Source: a virus (taxonomy: Duplodnaviria; Heunggongvirae; Uroviricota; Caudoviricetes). From it: a DNA stretch of 64,000 nucleotides. Positions 63,953-64,000 of this stretch are shown piece by piece. The first letter of the stretch is position 1. Each line of letters opens with the position of its first letter. The stretch lies in the IMG/VR virus record IMGVR_UViG_3300031998_000001, positions 45,064 through 109,063 of that record; one strand, written 5' to 3'. The notes below the pieces were generated by a model. The model made no database searches. It had not been told where the DNA came from and was given only the letters and a program-made list of their open reading frames with translations. The translations under genes were made by a program, and so were the position numbers.

Positions 63953-64000
63953 ATGGAGGAGAAGGAAAGGCTGACGAGGGAGCAGGTGCGCCAGTTGTGC
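63953..64000 (+). CDS. 3'-truncated ORF at window end
   Basis: ATG GAG GAG AAG… open to the end of the window. Confidence 0.45.
   Translation, partial: MEEKERLTREQVRQLC

Noticed and set aside
1-64000. Stop-codon reassignment (TAG read as Gln, as in some Prevotella megaphages)
   Set aside because: Conserved genes (gp46-, gp47-, gp52-like, gp4-like) are full length in the standard code and end at TAG immediately followed by the next start
1-64000. tRNA or rRNA genes
   Set aside because: Intergenic gaps are short and AT-rich; the hairpins found are terminator-like and I saw no cloverleaf with T-loop consensus

Overview
A 64-kb segment of a large T4-like (jumbo) dsDNA phage genome read in the standard genetic code, with a probable Bacteroidota host (inferred from AT-rich leaders lacking a Shine-Dalgarno sequence, a Q-rule signal peptide and familiar Bacteroidales-phage small-gene families). 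Recognisable core genes are gp46/gp47 recombination nuclease, gp4-like head completion nuclease, RNase H, gp32 SSB, both type II topoisomerase subunits, a DNA methyltransferase and Hsp20. Accessory loci include a late-expressed glycosyltransferase/ATP-grasp cluster, two large virion-type repeat proteins, a solo TnpB and two 21-aa LRR-like proteins. The main unexplained structure is a set of about 22 otherwise unrelated ORFs sharing an N-terminal ~10-aa tag that resembles the T4 capsid-targeting sequence (MKTYQEFIAE). Many lie downstream of T4-type late promoters (TATAAATA), and cargo domains include an ADP-ribosyltransferase, a ParB-like domain and an LRR protein. One tag is out of frame at an A7 run, and one is broken by a tnpB remnant. 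Other signals are a second bipartite promoter (CTGAAA-N17-TATATT, 8 copies), catalytically eroded methyltransferase/nuclease/phosphoesterase homologs, and apparent avoidance of several 4-5 bp restriction sites. All family assignments are by-eye motif recognition; no searches were run.
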